This document shows, piece after piece, positions 30,767-50,812 of a stretch of DNA of 64,000 nucleotides. Numbering within the stretch: position 1 is the stretch's first letter; every line of letters begins with the position of its first letter. A program made the position numbers and the translations under genes. Source of the stretch: the human T2T-CHM13v2.0 reference genome, Homo sapiens. The notes below the pieces were generated by a model, which was given only the letters and a program-made list of their open reading frames with translations, was not told the origin of the DNA and made no database searches. Where the stretch lies: the NCBI RefSeq assembly GCF_009914755.1, contig NC_060947.1. The stretch is one strand, 5' to 3'.

Positions 30767-31555
30767 TCACCAGTGGCCTCTGGGGTGCCTAGGAGAGGTC
30801 TTGCTGTCCTTGCCCACCTAAGCTCGACACGAAGGAAACGGGAGCTCTGCTTTACACAATGCAGCTACTGTGGGGCCTGTTTCTAACCCCCATCCCAGAA
30901 GCAGCACAACTCCCCCACCCTGAACCCAGGAGGAGGGCAGGGCTGTGGTTCCTGGCCTGTTGTGGCACCAGAGGGTTAAAGACAGTTGGTGTGATGGGCT
31001 TTCTGGGAATCAGACCGGTGAGCAGAACCGAGGGCAGTCACCATCGTCAATCACAGCTCCGGAGCTTATGTGCTCAACAACAACAACATCCACACAAATC
31101 CTCTTATTTATTTATTGAGATGGAGTTTTGCTCTTGCCGCCAAGGCTGGAGTGCAATGGCGCGATCCGGCTCACTGCAACCTTTGCCTCCTGGGTTAAAG
31201 CGATTCTCCTGTCTCCGCCTCCTGAGTAGCTGGGATTACAGGTGCCCGCCACCATGCCCGGCTAATTTTTGTATTTTCAGTAGAGACGGGGTTTCGCCAA
31301 GTTGGCCAGGCTGGTCTGGAACTCCTGACCTCAGGTAATCCGCCCGCCTCGGCCTCCCAAAGTGCTGGGATTAGAGGCATTAGCGACCATGCACGGCCCA
31401 TACAAATCCTCTTTCAGGCTTGGCTTCCGGGCACTGACCCTACCACATGAGAGCTCAGGACACACTGGTCCCTGGAGTACTGGGCTAATTCTCCCAGCTC
31501 AGCAGAGTGGTGGGCTCTTCCCGGTTCCTCTGCTTTTGGAGTCTGTGCTGGTCAT

Positions 31556-32974
31556 TGAGAGGTGACAGCGTGCTGGCAGTCCTCACAGCCCTCGCTCGCT
31601 CTCCGCGCCTCCTCTGCCTGGGCTCCCACTTTGGCGGCACTTGAGGAGGCCTTCAGCCCACCACTGCACTGTGGGAGCCCCTTTCTGGGCTGGCCAAGGC
31701 AGGAGCCGGCTCCAGGGAGGTGTGGAGGGAGAGGCGCCAGCGGGAACCGGGGCTGCGCGCAGCGCTTGCGGGCCAGCTGGAGTTCCGGGTGGGCGTGGGC
31801 TTGGCGGGCCCCGCACTCGGAGCAGCCGGCCGGCCCTGCCGGCCCCGGGCAATGAGGGGTTTAGCACCCGGGCCAGCGGCTGCGGAGAGTGTACTGGGTC
31901 CCCCAGCAATGCCGGCCCACCGGCGCTGCGCTCGATTTCTCACTTGGCCTTAGCTGCCTTCCCGCGGGGCAGGGCTCACGACCTGCAGCTCGCCATGCCT
32001 GAGCCTCCCACCCTCTCCGTGGGCTCCTGTGCGGCCCGAGCCTCTCCGACGAGCGCCGCCCCCTGCTCCACGGCGCCCAGTCCGATCAACCACCCAAGGG
32101 CTGAGGAGTGCGGGCGCACGCGCAGGACTGGCAGGCAGCTCCACCTGCAGCCCTGGTGTGGGATCCACTGGGTGAAGCCAGCTGGGCTCCTGTGTCTGGT
32201 GGGGAGGTGGAGAACCTTTATGTCTAGCTCAGGGATTGTAAATACACCAATCGGCACTCTGTATCTAGCTCAAGGTTTGTAAACACACCAATCAGCACCC
32301 TGTGTCTAGCTCAGGGTTTGTGAATGCACCAATCGACACTCTGTATCTAGCTACTCTGGTGGGGACTTGGAGAACCTTTGTGTGGACACTCTGTATCTAG
32401 CTAATCTGGTGGGGACTTGGAGAACCTTTATGTCTAGCTCAGGGATTGTAAACGCACCAATCAGCGCCCTATCAAAACAGACCACTCGGCCCTACCAATT
32501 AGCAGGATGTGGGTGGGGCCAGATAAGAGAATAAAAGCAGGCTGCGGGAGCTAGCAGCAGCAGCAACCCGCTGAGGTTCTCTTCCACAATGTGGAGGTGT
32601 TGTTCTTTTGGTCTTTGCAATAAATCCTGCTACCGGCCACTCTTTGGATCCACACTGCCTTTATGAGCTGTAACACTCACTGTGAAGGTCTGTAGCTTCA
32701 CTCTTGAAGCTTAGCAGGACCACGAGTCCACCGGGAGGAATGAACAACTCCAGACTAGCCGCCTTAAAAGCTGTAACGCTAACTGCGAAGGTCTGCAGCT
32801 TCACTCCTGAGCCAGCGAGACCACGAACCCACCAGATGGAAGAAACTCCGAACACATCCGAACATCGGAAGGAACAAACTCCAGACGTGCCACCTTAAAA
32901 GCTGTAACACTCACCAAGAGGGTCCGCGGCTTCATTCTTGAAGTCAGACCAAGAACCCACTAATTCCAGGCCCA
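31556..32974 (+). mobile_element. Solo LTR12C-like (ERV9) LTR
   Basis: Starts TGAGAGGTGACAGCGTGCTGGCAGTCC; CpG-rich 5' part; tandem ~41-bp CCAAT/TATCTAGCT enhancer repeats (~32220-32470); AATAAAA TATA-like box ~32530; U5 repeats; GTCA near both ends. Confidence 0.92.
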
Positions 32975-33145
32975 GTCAGTCTTACCATCATCATGATACG
33001 TTAACTAATGTTTATTGAGCATGTACAATGTATCTGTCCTTGTTTTGAGGTCTCTGTTTGAATCACCTAAATTCATCTTTTTACCAACCCTATAAAAAGC
33101 CTATTAAGATCCCCATTGTGCACATGAGACTCAGAGAGGTAAAAC

Positions 33146-34163
<1,018 letters not shown>

Positions 34164-34257
34164 TGAGCTCAGCATTTCTTCCTGGATAAAGACACTTAAC
34201 ATTGCAGTTTTCTTCCTTTGTTGGGTTTGAAATCCACTGTCTTTTTTTTTTCTTTGA

Positions 34258-34543
<286 letters not shown>

Positions 34544-34636
34544 TAAATAATACTATTAATAGAAATGATATCTAGGCTGGGCATGGTGGGTCATGCCTGT
34601 AATCCCAGCACTTTGAGAGGTGGAGGTGGGAGCCTA

Positions 34637-35014
<378 letters not shown>

Positions 35015-35017
35015 TCA

Positions 35018-35122
<105 letters not shown>

Positions 35123-35404
35123 TCAAAAAAAAAAAAAAAAAAAAAAAAAAAGAGAGAGAGAGAGAAAAAGAAAGGCTATCTAATCATTATAGAGAGAGAT
35201 TATGATGTACCAGGCATTGTTCTTGGTCTTCACATGAATTGCCTGGTTTGATCCCCATAAAATCCCTATTCTGTAGGCATTGTTATTAACCCCATTTTAT
35301 AGACAAGGGAACTGAGAAAGAAAAATGTTAAATTGTTCCTGAGTGTAAGCTGATAAGCACTATATCTCTTTCATCTTTGATTCATAAAAGACATCTTTGA
35401 AAGC

Positions 35405-36795
<1,391 letters not shown>

Positions 36796-36874
36796 AAGCA
36801 ATGAAGTACACATGGGAAGTCCTAACCTCAGAATTTGGAAATGAAAAAGTAAAAGCTCAGCCAAAGAAGTCAGC

Positions 36875-37030
36875 TTTGGGTGTGAGTTTGGGACAGTACT
36901 TTCTGTACCTCAGTCTGTTCAACTGCAATATGCAAATACTAATACCTCATAATGCTATTGTGAGGAGTAAATGACTTCAGACACTGAAGGCTTAACACAG
37001 TGACTGGCATATCATAGGGATGCCCAATAC
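36875..37030. mobile_element. MIR fragment containing a perfect octamer ATGCAAAT (36930-36937)
   Basis: MIR core resemblance (CCTCAGT...CTGCAATATG...TAATACCTCATA...TTGTGAGGAGTAAATGA). Confidence 0.6.
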
Positions 37031-37275
37031 ATACCAGCTGTGAGGCTTATCACCACTGTTCTTCCTGGCATGGCCCTGTAAGCTCATCTTCGGCTGAAGA
37101 GAAGCTAGGTATAGCTACTACAGTTTGGTCCTATTATTGCGGTCAGACAGTTGCTGTGATTGGCTCTCCCCTCCTTCCCTCACCCCCTCCCATCTTACCC
37201 TCTGTTATTAACATAAGCAGTCAGAAACATGTAGGCTATGCTTCCCATTGGTTGAAATTGTTGTTTCCTTGGCAG

Positions 37276-37388
37276 CACTTGCAAACATTCCATCTGGCAA
37301 TCTGAGAGAAGCTACTGAGAGAATCCTGAGACATCCCCAGCCACCTACCACTGCTCCTGTTCCAAGCAAAGAAGATCTGCTCACTCCG
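37276..37388 (+). other. AKAP14: Candidate non-coding 5' UTR exon of AKAP14 (a further upstream exon may end at donor 37108/37109)
   Basis: Unique non-repeat sequence; tttccttggcag| acceptor and CCG|gtactg donor; the first coding exon starts at an acceptor (44340), so upstream UTR exon(s) are required; assignment is inference. Confidence 0.45.
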
Positions 37389-37520
37389 GTACTGGGGATT
37401 CTCCGGGGTGGGGGAGTCCACAGAAAGGACTTGCAGTGGTTCTCCCTATTCATCACCCAGACCCCAAACGTTACCATTCCCCCCATCTCTTCCTACCCAC
37501 CCTGCCTATCTGGCCTCTCA

Positions 37521-37630
37521 GAAGGGGAGGGGAGGAGAGGGGAGGGGAGGGGAGGGGAGGACAAGGGAGAGGGAGGGGGAGGGGAGGGGAGCGGAGGGGA
37601 GGGGAGAGGAGGGGAGGGAAGGGAAGAAAA
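37521..37630 (+). repeat. (GGGGA)n polypurine tract
   Basis: About 110 nt of almost pure purine with repeated G4-5 runs. Confidence 0.9.
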
Positions 37631-37911
37631 ATAACTAGGAGATGCCAGTGGGAGGGAGGCTTAAGAATGGTGTGGGCCCACAGACGTGTGAGGGTAAAAA
37701 TTGAGCTTCTTCCTGGGCACTGCTCCCCATCTTCCCTCTCCTGTTGGAGCACAGGCTCCCCAGGGAAAGTCTTAAGGAGGTCCTTCCATGCATAAAGCAC
37801 ACACCCCATGTGCTTCGTGTTGGAGGTCACAGATTTGACTTCTCATCGATTTATCAATAGGAAATTTGCTGAAAGCAAAGTTACTGAATGTCCAAGTTAC
37901 CAAATGGGCAA

Positions 37912-37943
<32 letters not shown>

Positions 37944-39033
37944 TTTTTGAGACAGAGTCTCGCTCTGTCGCCTAGGCTGGAGTGCAGCAGCGCGATCAAG
38001 GCTCACTGCAACCTCCGCCTCTGGTTTCAAGTGATTCTCCTGCCTCAGCCTCCCGAGTAGCTGGGACGACAGGCATGCACCACCATGCCTGGCTAATTTT
38101 TGTATTTTTAGTAGAGACGGGATTTTGCCATGTTGGCCAGGCTGGTTTCGAACTCCTGACCTCAGGTAATCCTCCCACATTGGCCTTCCAAAGTGCTGGG
38201 ATTACAGGTGTGAGCCACCGCGCCCGGCCCCAAATGGACAATTTTCTTTCTTTCTTTTCTTCTTTCCTTCTTTCTCTCTTTCTTTCTTTTCTTTTTTGAG
38301 GTGGAGTTGCACTCTGTTGCCCAGGCTGGAGTGAAGTGGTGAGATCTTGGCTCACTGCAAACTCTGCCTCCCGGATTCATGCCATTCTCCTGCCTCAGAC
38401 CCCCAAGTAGCTGGGACTACAGGCACCCGCCACCACGGCTGGCTAATTTTTTGTATTTTTAGTAGAGACGGGGTTTCACTGTGTTAGCCAGGATGGTCTC
38501 GATCTCCTGACCTCGTGATCCGCCCGCCTTGGCCTCCCAAAGTGCTGGGATTATAGGTGTGAGCCACTGCGCCCGGCCCAAATGGACAATTTTCTAAAGG
38601 ATCAAGTTGATATATGGCTACCTCACCAAAGTCTACTGAAATTACCAATTTACCCAAAAACCTTTGTACAGTTGTCTTTAACTACAGAGTTTATAGCAGG
38701 TTGCTCTGGCCAAATTGGCATGGCCTAAGTAAGGGCTAGGGAGAGCCAGTTCTCTAGTGTTAAGGACCTTTAGGCTCCTCACTGACCACCCTTTAGCCTC
38801 TGGCTGCTCTGGAGTGGGCAACCTGGAAATGCTCTGTGTGCTCTGGCAGATGATCCTGTCTACCTCCAGCTGCAGCAACAAGGAACTGGGGCAGAGGCAA
38901 ACTGAGCTTAAAAATGCCAACATCAGTCTGGGCAACATACTGAGACCTATAAAATAAATAGCCTGGTGTAGGCAGGACACGGTGGCTCATGCCTGTAATC
39001 CCAGCATTTTGGGAGGCCGAGGTGGGCAGATCA

Positions 39034-39336
<303 letters not shown>

Positions 39337-39714
39337 TCAGGAGGCTGAGGTGGGAGGATCACTTGAGCCCAGGAAGTTGAGGCTGCAGCTAGCTGTGATT
39401 GCGCCACTGTACTCCAGCCCAGGTAACAGAGCAAGACCCTATCTCAAGAGGAAAAAAAGGAAAACAAAAAGCTAAAATGAACAATAGCCAACATTATTTC
39501 AGGGATGTTCAAAGGCTGTCCCAGTGGTTCTTGAACTGATGGCCGTTGGAGCCAGGTTGCCTTTTGCAGTATCTACTACCCCCTGGGATCAATGATGATG
39601 TCAAGAAAGGAAACAGAGAGTTGCCCTTTGTCCGGGCGTGGTGGCTCACACCTGTAATCCCAGCACTTTGGAGATTACACCAAGGCAGGTGTATCACCTG
39701 AGGTCAGGAGTTCA

Positions 39715-39984
<270 letters not shown>

Positions 39985-40085
39985 CTAGATGAAAATGTGA
40001 GAATAAGGCCAGGCGCGATGGCTCACACCTGTAATCCCAGCACTTTGGGAGACTGAGGTGGGTGGATCAGGAGGTCAGGAGTTCA

Positions 40086-40424
<339 letters not shown>

Positions 40425-40989
40425 TCAGTTTCCTCATTTTCACATGGCAGCAACAGGCCCTCTGTCTGTGACTCAGGGCTCCTGTAGGAAACTGTTGGCA
40501 TATTAAAATGAGGATAGCTGTAGAAGGGTTAAGTAAGGGAATATTTACAAAGGTGTGGCCAGATTGCAGGGCAACAGAGGAAGGTGCAGCTCCCCGGGGC
40601 TAGTAACAGTGGGCCTAAAACGTTGAGGGGAGAGAATGCTTACCCTTACCACACTGGGAAGCTGGGAGAGCGCCACCCTGAAAGACGCTGGGGACTTCAT
40701 GCAGCCAGCCATCAGCCAACTCGCAGGGAGAAAACCACCAGGGACATACATTTTGACTTCCTGATCTCCTTATTGTGTGGAACCCCCTAGAAGCCAGAGG
40801 GCACCATTTATGGGTGCAGTCAGGTTAGTTTTCCAGGGCAGGAAGCAGGAGGAGATGCAAGGACAGTGGATTTGGAAAGGCAAATGGAAGGTGCCCAGCG
40901 CACTCTTTCATAGGGCTGTGATGACAGTTAAATGAAACATAGCACATTAAACACCCCCAAATTGGGAGCTGTTATTTATAGAAAAATAG

Positions 40990-41675
<686 letters not shown>

Positions 41676-42169
41676 TGAGACAGGGTCTCGCTCTGTCACC
41701 CAGACTGGAGTACAGTGGTGAGATCACGGCTCCCTGCAGCCTCGACCTCCCAGGCTCAAGTGATCCTCCTACATCAGCCTTGTGAGTAGAAAGCTGGGAT
41801 TACAGGCACACATCACCATACCTGGCTAATTTTTTAAACTTTTGTAGAGATGGGGCCTTGCTATGTTGTCCAGGCTGATCTCAATCCCCTGCACTTAAGC
41901 GATCCTCCCACTTTGGCCTCCCGAAGTGCTGGGATTACAGGCCTGAGCCACTGCACCCGGCTGCCTGTAAGGAATTTAAAGCTGTGCTGGAAGTAAGCAA
42001 TTTTTCATAAGCAAAGAGACTTAAACAGTAGCAAGAAAAGAAAGGATTTAAGACTCAAGGGAAAAGATGTAAAAAACATTGAAAATGAGGAAAGACTTCT
42101 AGCTCTGTGATGGAGCCATCTTTACAGCCCTAGTAACACAAATTTTCACATTGTCAATACATGTTAAAG

Positions 42170-42500
42170 GCATCTGGAAGATTATAGCTATCATTTATGA
42201 TAAAAATCTTACTAGAACAGGAACAGACGAATGTTTTCTTGATGTGATACATCTCAAACCACAAACCAGCATCATACTAATGGTGTAACACCAGAAAGCA
42301 AGGCCACTAAAGTCAGACACAATAGGAGGATGCTCATTATTTCCACTTTCATTTTACATTTTTCTGGAAGTATTAACCAAAGCTAATACTCATAAGAGAT
42401 ATATACTCCTGGAAAAAAGATGATAAAAGTGACAGTTTATTGGAGATGATATAATTGTATACTGTACTGGAAAAACCCAAGAGAGAGAATTATGAAACCA
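42170..42500 (+). mobile_element. Ancient L1M ORF2 (RT) remnant
   Basis: Degenerate GATGATATAATTGTATAC...GAAAAACCCAAGAGA (DDMIVYLENP-like) and CAGCATCATACTAATGG. Confidence 0.6.
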
Positions 42501-42529
42501 ATATTCCTCTGCTGTAATGCCTCTACTCA

Positions 42530-42869
<340 letters not shown>

Positions 42870-43208
42870 TCACGCCTGTAATCCCAGCACTTTGGGAGGC
42901 CGAGGCGGGTGGATCACCTGAGGTCAAGAGTTCGAGACCAGCCTGGCCAACATGGAGAAACCCCATCTCTACTGAAAATACAAAATTAGCCGGGCGTGGT
43001 GGCGCATGCCTCCAATCCCAGCTACTCGGGAGGCTGAAGCAGGAGAATCACTTGAACCTGGATTCTCCCGGGAGGCGGAGGTTGCGGTGAGCCGAGATAG
43101 CGCCATTGCTCTCCAGCCTGGGCAACAAGAACAAAACTCTGACTCAAACAAACAAACAAACAAACAAAAAACAAAACACTGTCTTTATACTTTTTTTTTT
43201 TTTTTTGA

Positions 43209-43481
<273 letters not shown>

Positions 43482-43837
43482 TGAGCCACCGCGCCGGGCC
43501 TTTATATTTCTTTTTAAAAGTTAAGACAGGTTGGGGAGTGGGGAGATCTCACTATGTTGCCCAGGCTGGTTTCAAACTCATAGCCTCAAACTGTCCCCCT
43601 GCTTCAGCCTCCTGAATAGCTGAGATTACAGGCACATGCCACCACACCCACTTCATTTTAACATCATTTTAAAAGAGCCAGGTGCCCTCAGTTGCTCCTA
43701 GCAGGGATTGGGTTTCTTATCAAAGATTCAACTTGGAATCAATATTGCTAGGCACTCCAAAGAAGTGCTACTTTTTTTCTACTACATTTTGATTTAAGTC
43801 ATTATGGTGTTTTTTTTGTTTTTTGTTTTGTTTTTGA

Positions 43838-43996
<159 letters not shown>

Positions 43997-44323
43997 TAGT
44001 AGAGACGGGGTTTCACCATGTTGGTCAGGCTGGTCTTGAACTCCTGACCTCAGGTGATCCGCCCGCCTCGGGCTCTCAAAGGGCTGGGATTACAGGCGTG
44101 AGCCACCGCGCCGGGCCTCATTATGATTTTGAGAATGTGAGAATCCTTGGTTTTCAGGAAAAGTAGATAGCAGCAGCCAGGCACAGGTCTGACTCCTACC
44201 CTTAAACCCCTAATCCCCTCCCTAGAGGCAATAACTGCTTCCTGTCTCTTGTGATTCTTCAAGAGATGATCTGTACTTATATGAGTGCGTTCACATGTGT
44301 GTACACACACAGGCACACAGTAA

Positions 44324-44545
<222 letters not shown>

Positions 44546-44575
44546 TAAATAATTGTCTATATAGTCTAAATATAG

Positions 44576-44719
<144 letters not shown>

Positions 44720-45236
44720 TAGGCCGACCACTCCAGCATGGTACACCGGTGTGAAGAACAATAAAGAGACTCTCAGCAGATCAAAAGTTTGAAGTCTGGA
44801 AAATCTAGGAGATGGTATCAAAGGGGGCTGACTAGAATAAGTAAACATCATCTCCATCTCAGTTCCAAAATCAAGGTGGGATAGTCTTTGAAGGTGAAAT
44901 GCACAATCACAATCATTTTCCCTGTGTCTGTATCATTCTAACCTTACATTTCCCTGGGAAAATCTGCTCTTCCTACTTAAGCAATTTGTCCATGCTGGTG
45001 CATTAAATGGGGGCCTAGTGGCCTAAGGAGGGAGATGCTCCTCCAAAATAGGAGTTCTCCACCACCATTATTTTGTTTATTTTTTTTAGAGACAGGGTCC
45101 CACTCTGTCACCGAGGCTGCAGTGCAGGGGCTCGATCCTAGCTCCCTGCAGCTTTGAACTCCTGGGCTCAAGCGATCTTCCCACCTCAGCCTTCCAAGTA
45201 GACAGGCACGTGTCACCACACCTGGCTAATTTTTAA

Positions 45237-45392
<156 letters not shown>

Positions 45393-45792
45393 TAACAGAG
45401 GGGATGCAGATGGATCAAAAGACTTTTTGATTTGGCTTTGGAATATATTGCCTGCATAGTAAGATGTACAATCCCATGAATTCCTTTGTTCTTCTGCCTG
45501 TGTCTGACTCTGACTTCTTCGTGTGGCAGCTTTGCTGAGAAGGCCCTGGATTACTTTGCATAACTGGTGAGTGAATAAAGGAGAATGGCTTGGGCCAGGC
45601 GCAGTGGTTCACATCTGTAATCCCAGCACTTTGAAATACCAAGACGGGAGAATCAATCATTTGAGCCTAAGAGTTTGAGACAGCCTGGGCAACATAGTGG
45701 GACCCCATCTCTATAAAACTAAAAAATTAGGCCAGGCATAGTGGCTCACGCCTGTAAGCCCAGCACTTTGGGAGGCCGAAGTGGGCAGATCA

Positions 45793-46009
<217 letters not shown>

Positions 46010-47301
46010 TCAAAAAATAATAATAATAATTAGCCGGGCGTGGTGGTATGCACGTATAGTTCCAGCTACTCAGGAGGCTGAGGTGGGAGGATCACTTGAG
46101 CCCAGGAGGTCGAGGCTGCAGTAAGCTGTGATTGTGCCACTGCACTCAGCCTGGGTGACAGAGTGAGACCCTGTCTCAAAAAAAAAAAAGGCTTGAAATC
46201 CTTCTCATTGTGCTTCTGTGGAACAGAGACCAGTTGAAATTGGTGGAGGCGAACTCCCCTACCCCTGGGAAAAGTTCCAGCTCTCTCTGTTCCCCAGGCC
46301 AGCACCTCAAAGCCTACAGCCCTCAGGGCAGTTTCCCAGGCCTTAGGAAGGCCTGGTCAGGTGTGAAGGAGGAAAAGTCAGGGATTTCTGGCTCCACGCC
46401 TTCTATGCTCCAGCGGACGCCACTCACCGTTCTCATTAGGAGGGGTATCTTGAGCATAGTGAAGATGAATGGTGCAAGTTATTCTTGAGCCTTCCTGCTG
46501 TGGAGCACTTCTCCATTTGGGGTTGGGCAAAGGCCCCTGCCTACTGCACTCAGGGTTCCTGAATCAAACTAGAATGGGACACATAGCAAGTAGGAAAAAT
46601 TTCCCTTGCAAATCCCACTGGTCATTCTGAGTAAAAGGCAAAAGTAAGTCCTGACAATGGTCTACAAGGCCCAATATGATCTGAGTTCCCTTTCCCCTCC
46701 CGATTTATGGTTCAGCTCCCATCACTCCTTCCCCCCTCTCACCTTCTTCCCTCGGCCACACTTGCCTCCTTGCCGTTCCTCGACTGCCAGGCATGTTCCC
46801 CTGTCAGGACCCTTGCTCTTGCTGTTCCCTCTGCCTGGAACCCTCTCCCCTAAGATGTATACCCATGGCTCACTGCTTTACCTCCCTTCAGATCTTTGTT
46901 GAAAACTATCACCTGCTCATTGAGGCTTTTCTTGGCCACTTCATCTAAAATCACAACCCTCTCCACTTCTCTGATTCATTTTTCCCTTCGCACTTCTTTC
47001 TGCCTACTAGAGTCTATTTACTTGTCCTACTGCCTGTCTTCCACCCCCAGACCATATGGTCCATGAGGGCAGATTTCTCTTGACTGCTCTCTTCCCAGCC
47101 CCTAGCAATGTCAGGTACACAGATGCTCAATAACTCTATGTTGAATACATGAGCAGATTTATTATTGCATTACCGTATTTCTTCACAGATGAAGAGCCAG
47201 GTCAAAGGATTTGTCTTACCTATTTCGTAGGGCTGTTGTGAGGACAGAGACAATTAAAAAGTAAATGACTGAAAAGCTAAACATGTTATATTAACTCATG
47301 A

Positions 47302-47523
<222 letters not shown>

Positions 47524-47678
47524 TAATATTTTGTATTTTTAGTAGAGACAGGGTTTCACCATGTTAGCCAGGATGGTCTCGATCTTCTGACCTTGTGATC
47601 CGCCTGCCTCGGCCTCCCAAAGTGCTGGGATTACAGGCGTGAGCCATCGCGCCCGGCCCTTCTTTTTTTTTTTTTTGA

Positions 47679-47906
<228 letters not shown>

Positions 47907-48239
47907 TGATCCACCCACATTGGACTCCCAAAGTGTTGGGATTACAGGTGTGAGCCACTGCACCCGGCCAAAGTGTGAGGCATTTCTGATGGAGAGCTTT
48001 TTCAAGCTTATTGCCAGTTTCCCAGGGTCCACTACACATCAGGGGATGGTAAATTAGGAGTTGCCATTTACTGAGTACTGCTATGTGTTAAGCACTGCAG
48101 TGCACATCATCATGCATTATCTCGTTTAATCCTCACAACAAAACTGTGTGTGGGTATATCAGTGTACCCATTTAAAAGATGAGAACTTTGCACAAATTGC
48201 CCAACCTCTCTCTGATTGAGCAGCAAAACAAAGTTATGA

Positions 48240-48707
<468 letters not shown>

Positions 48708-49225
48708 TGAGTAGCTAGGACTATGGGTACACAGCACCATGGCCGAGTAAATTTTTTATTTTTTTGTAGAGATGAGGTCTCACTTTGTTGCTCAGGCTGG
48801 TCTTGAACTCCTGGCCTCAAGTGGTCCTCCTGCCTCGGCCTCCTAAAGTGCTGGGATTACTGCCAGCCACTGGCAGTGGCCACTGCACCCGGTGTGAGCC
48901 ACTGCACCCAGTCAGTTCTATCTGATATATTCTTTCCACCACAGTAGGAAAAGTATTTTTTTTTCTTATTTGTTTTTTCTCATCAGCTTCTACTGACCCA
49001 GGAAAAGTACTTTTGGATGACAAAAATAATGCAGACTTTTATTATCATTTAAAAATACAAATTCAAATGATTTTAAGGTACTACAATGTGAATACGAATA
49101 ATTAAACCTGGTATCAGAAGGCTGGTACAGGCTGGGCGCGGTGGCTCACGCCTGTAATCCCAGCACTTTGGGAGGGCGAGGCGGGCGGATCACTTGAGGT
49201 CTGGAGTTTGAGAACAGCCTGGTCA

Positions 49226-49566
<341 letters not shown>

Positions 49567-50236
49567 TCAGAGAATGCCCATCACCTCAGACAGTTAAAAT
49601 TACTTTTATAATAAAAAAAAGACATCACTATAAAAAATGCCCAGTGAGCAAAAAGATACAAATTAGAAAATGAAATTACCCAAAATACCCGTTTCTATTA
49701 CCCCAAAGGTCACTTAACCATGGATAACAGTTTTGTGCATATACTTTTTCATTGTTTTTTGCCTTGTGCATATACTTCTATGTGTCTGTTGATTGTGAGT
49801 GTCCAGTAGTATGTAGTTGGCTAAGCCATCCATGATCAAGTAGTACAGTGAGATACTGTTTCCTGGAAGTGAGTATATGAAGCAGTATCATGTAAAAATC
49901 ACAAAACACACTCACTGCTGATACATAAAAGTCTGCTGCCTGCACACGGATAAAAATGGGAGGAGATTCGCCTGATGAAAATAGTTAAATTTAATGTCAT
50001 GTGTAAGGCTGCCTTCATTCACAAAAGGGAGGAAAAATCCACTAAGAGCCAAGCTGAGAAGAAGAAACTCTTAGAACTGAGGCTTCTAGTGGGGTGGAGA
50101 AAGCACTGAGCGGGCTGCTCAGGAGTCCTGGGTACCAGTCCCAGTTTATTGTGTTAGACTGTCCCTACCTACTTCTAGGCCCTGGTATCCTCATCTGCAA
50201 AGTGAAGGGCTGCATTAGATTATCTCTAGTGACCTA

Positions 50237-50395
<159 letters not shown>

Positions 50396-50454
50396 TCACC
50401 TGTGGCCAGGAGTTTGAGACCAGCCTGGCCAACATGGTGAAACTCCGTCTCTAC

Positions 50455-50656
<202 letters not shown>

Positions 50657-50659
50657 TCA

Positions 50660-50812
<153 letters not shown>

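Noticed and set aside
31562-32282. 213-aa and other GC-rich ORFs, and an apparent CpG island
   Set aside because: All lie inside the LTR12C 5' region; the CpG richness is intrinsic to this LTR family
32220-32470. Regularly spaced ~41-bp repeats, superficially array- or CRISPR-like
   Set aside because: Known ERV9/LTR12 enhancer tandem repeats; no unique spacers; eukaryotic DNA
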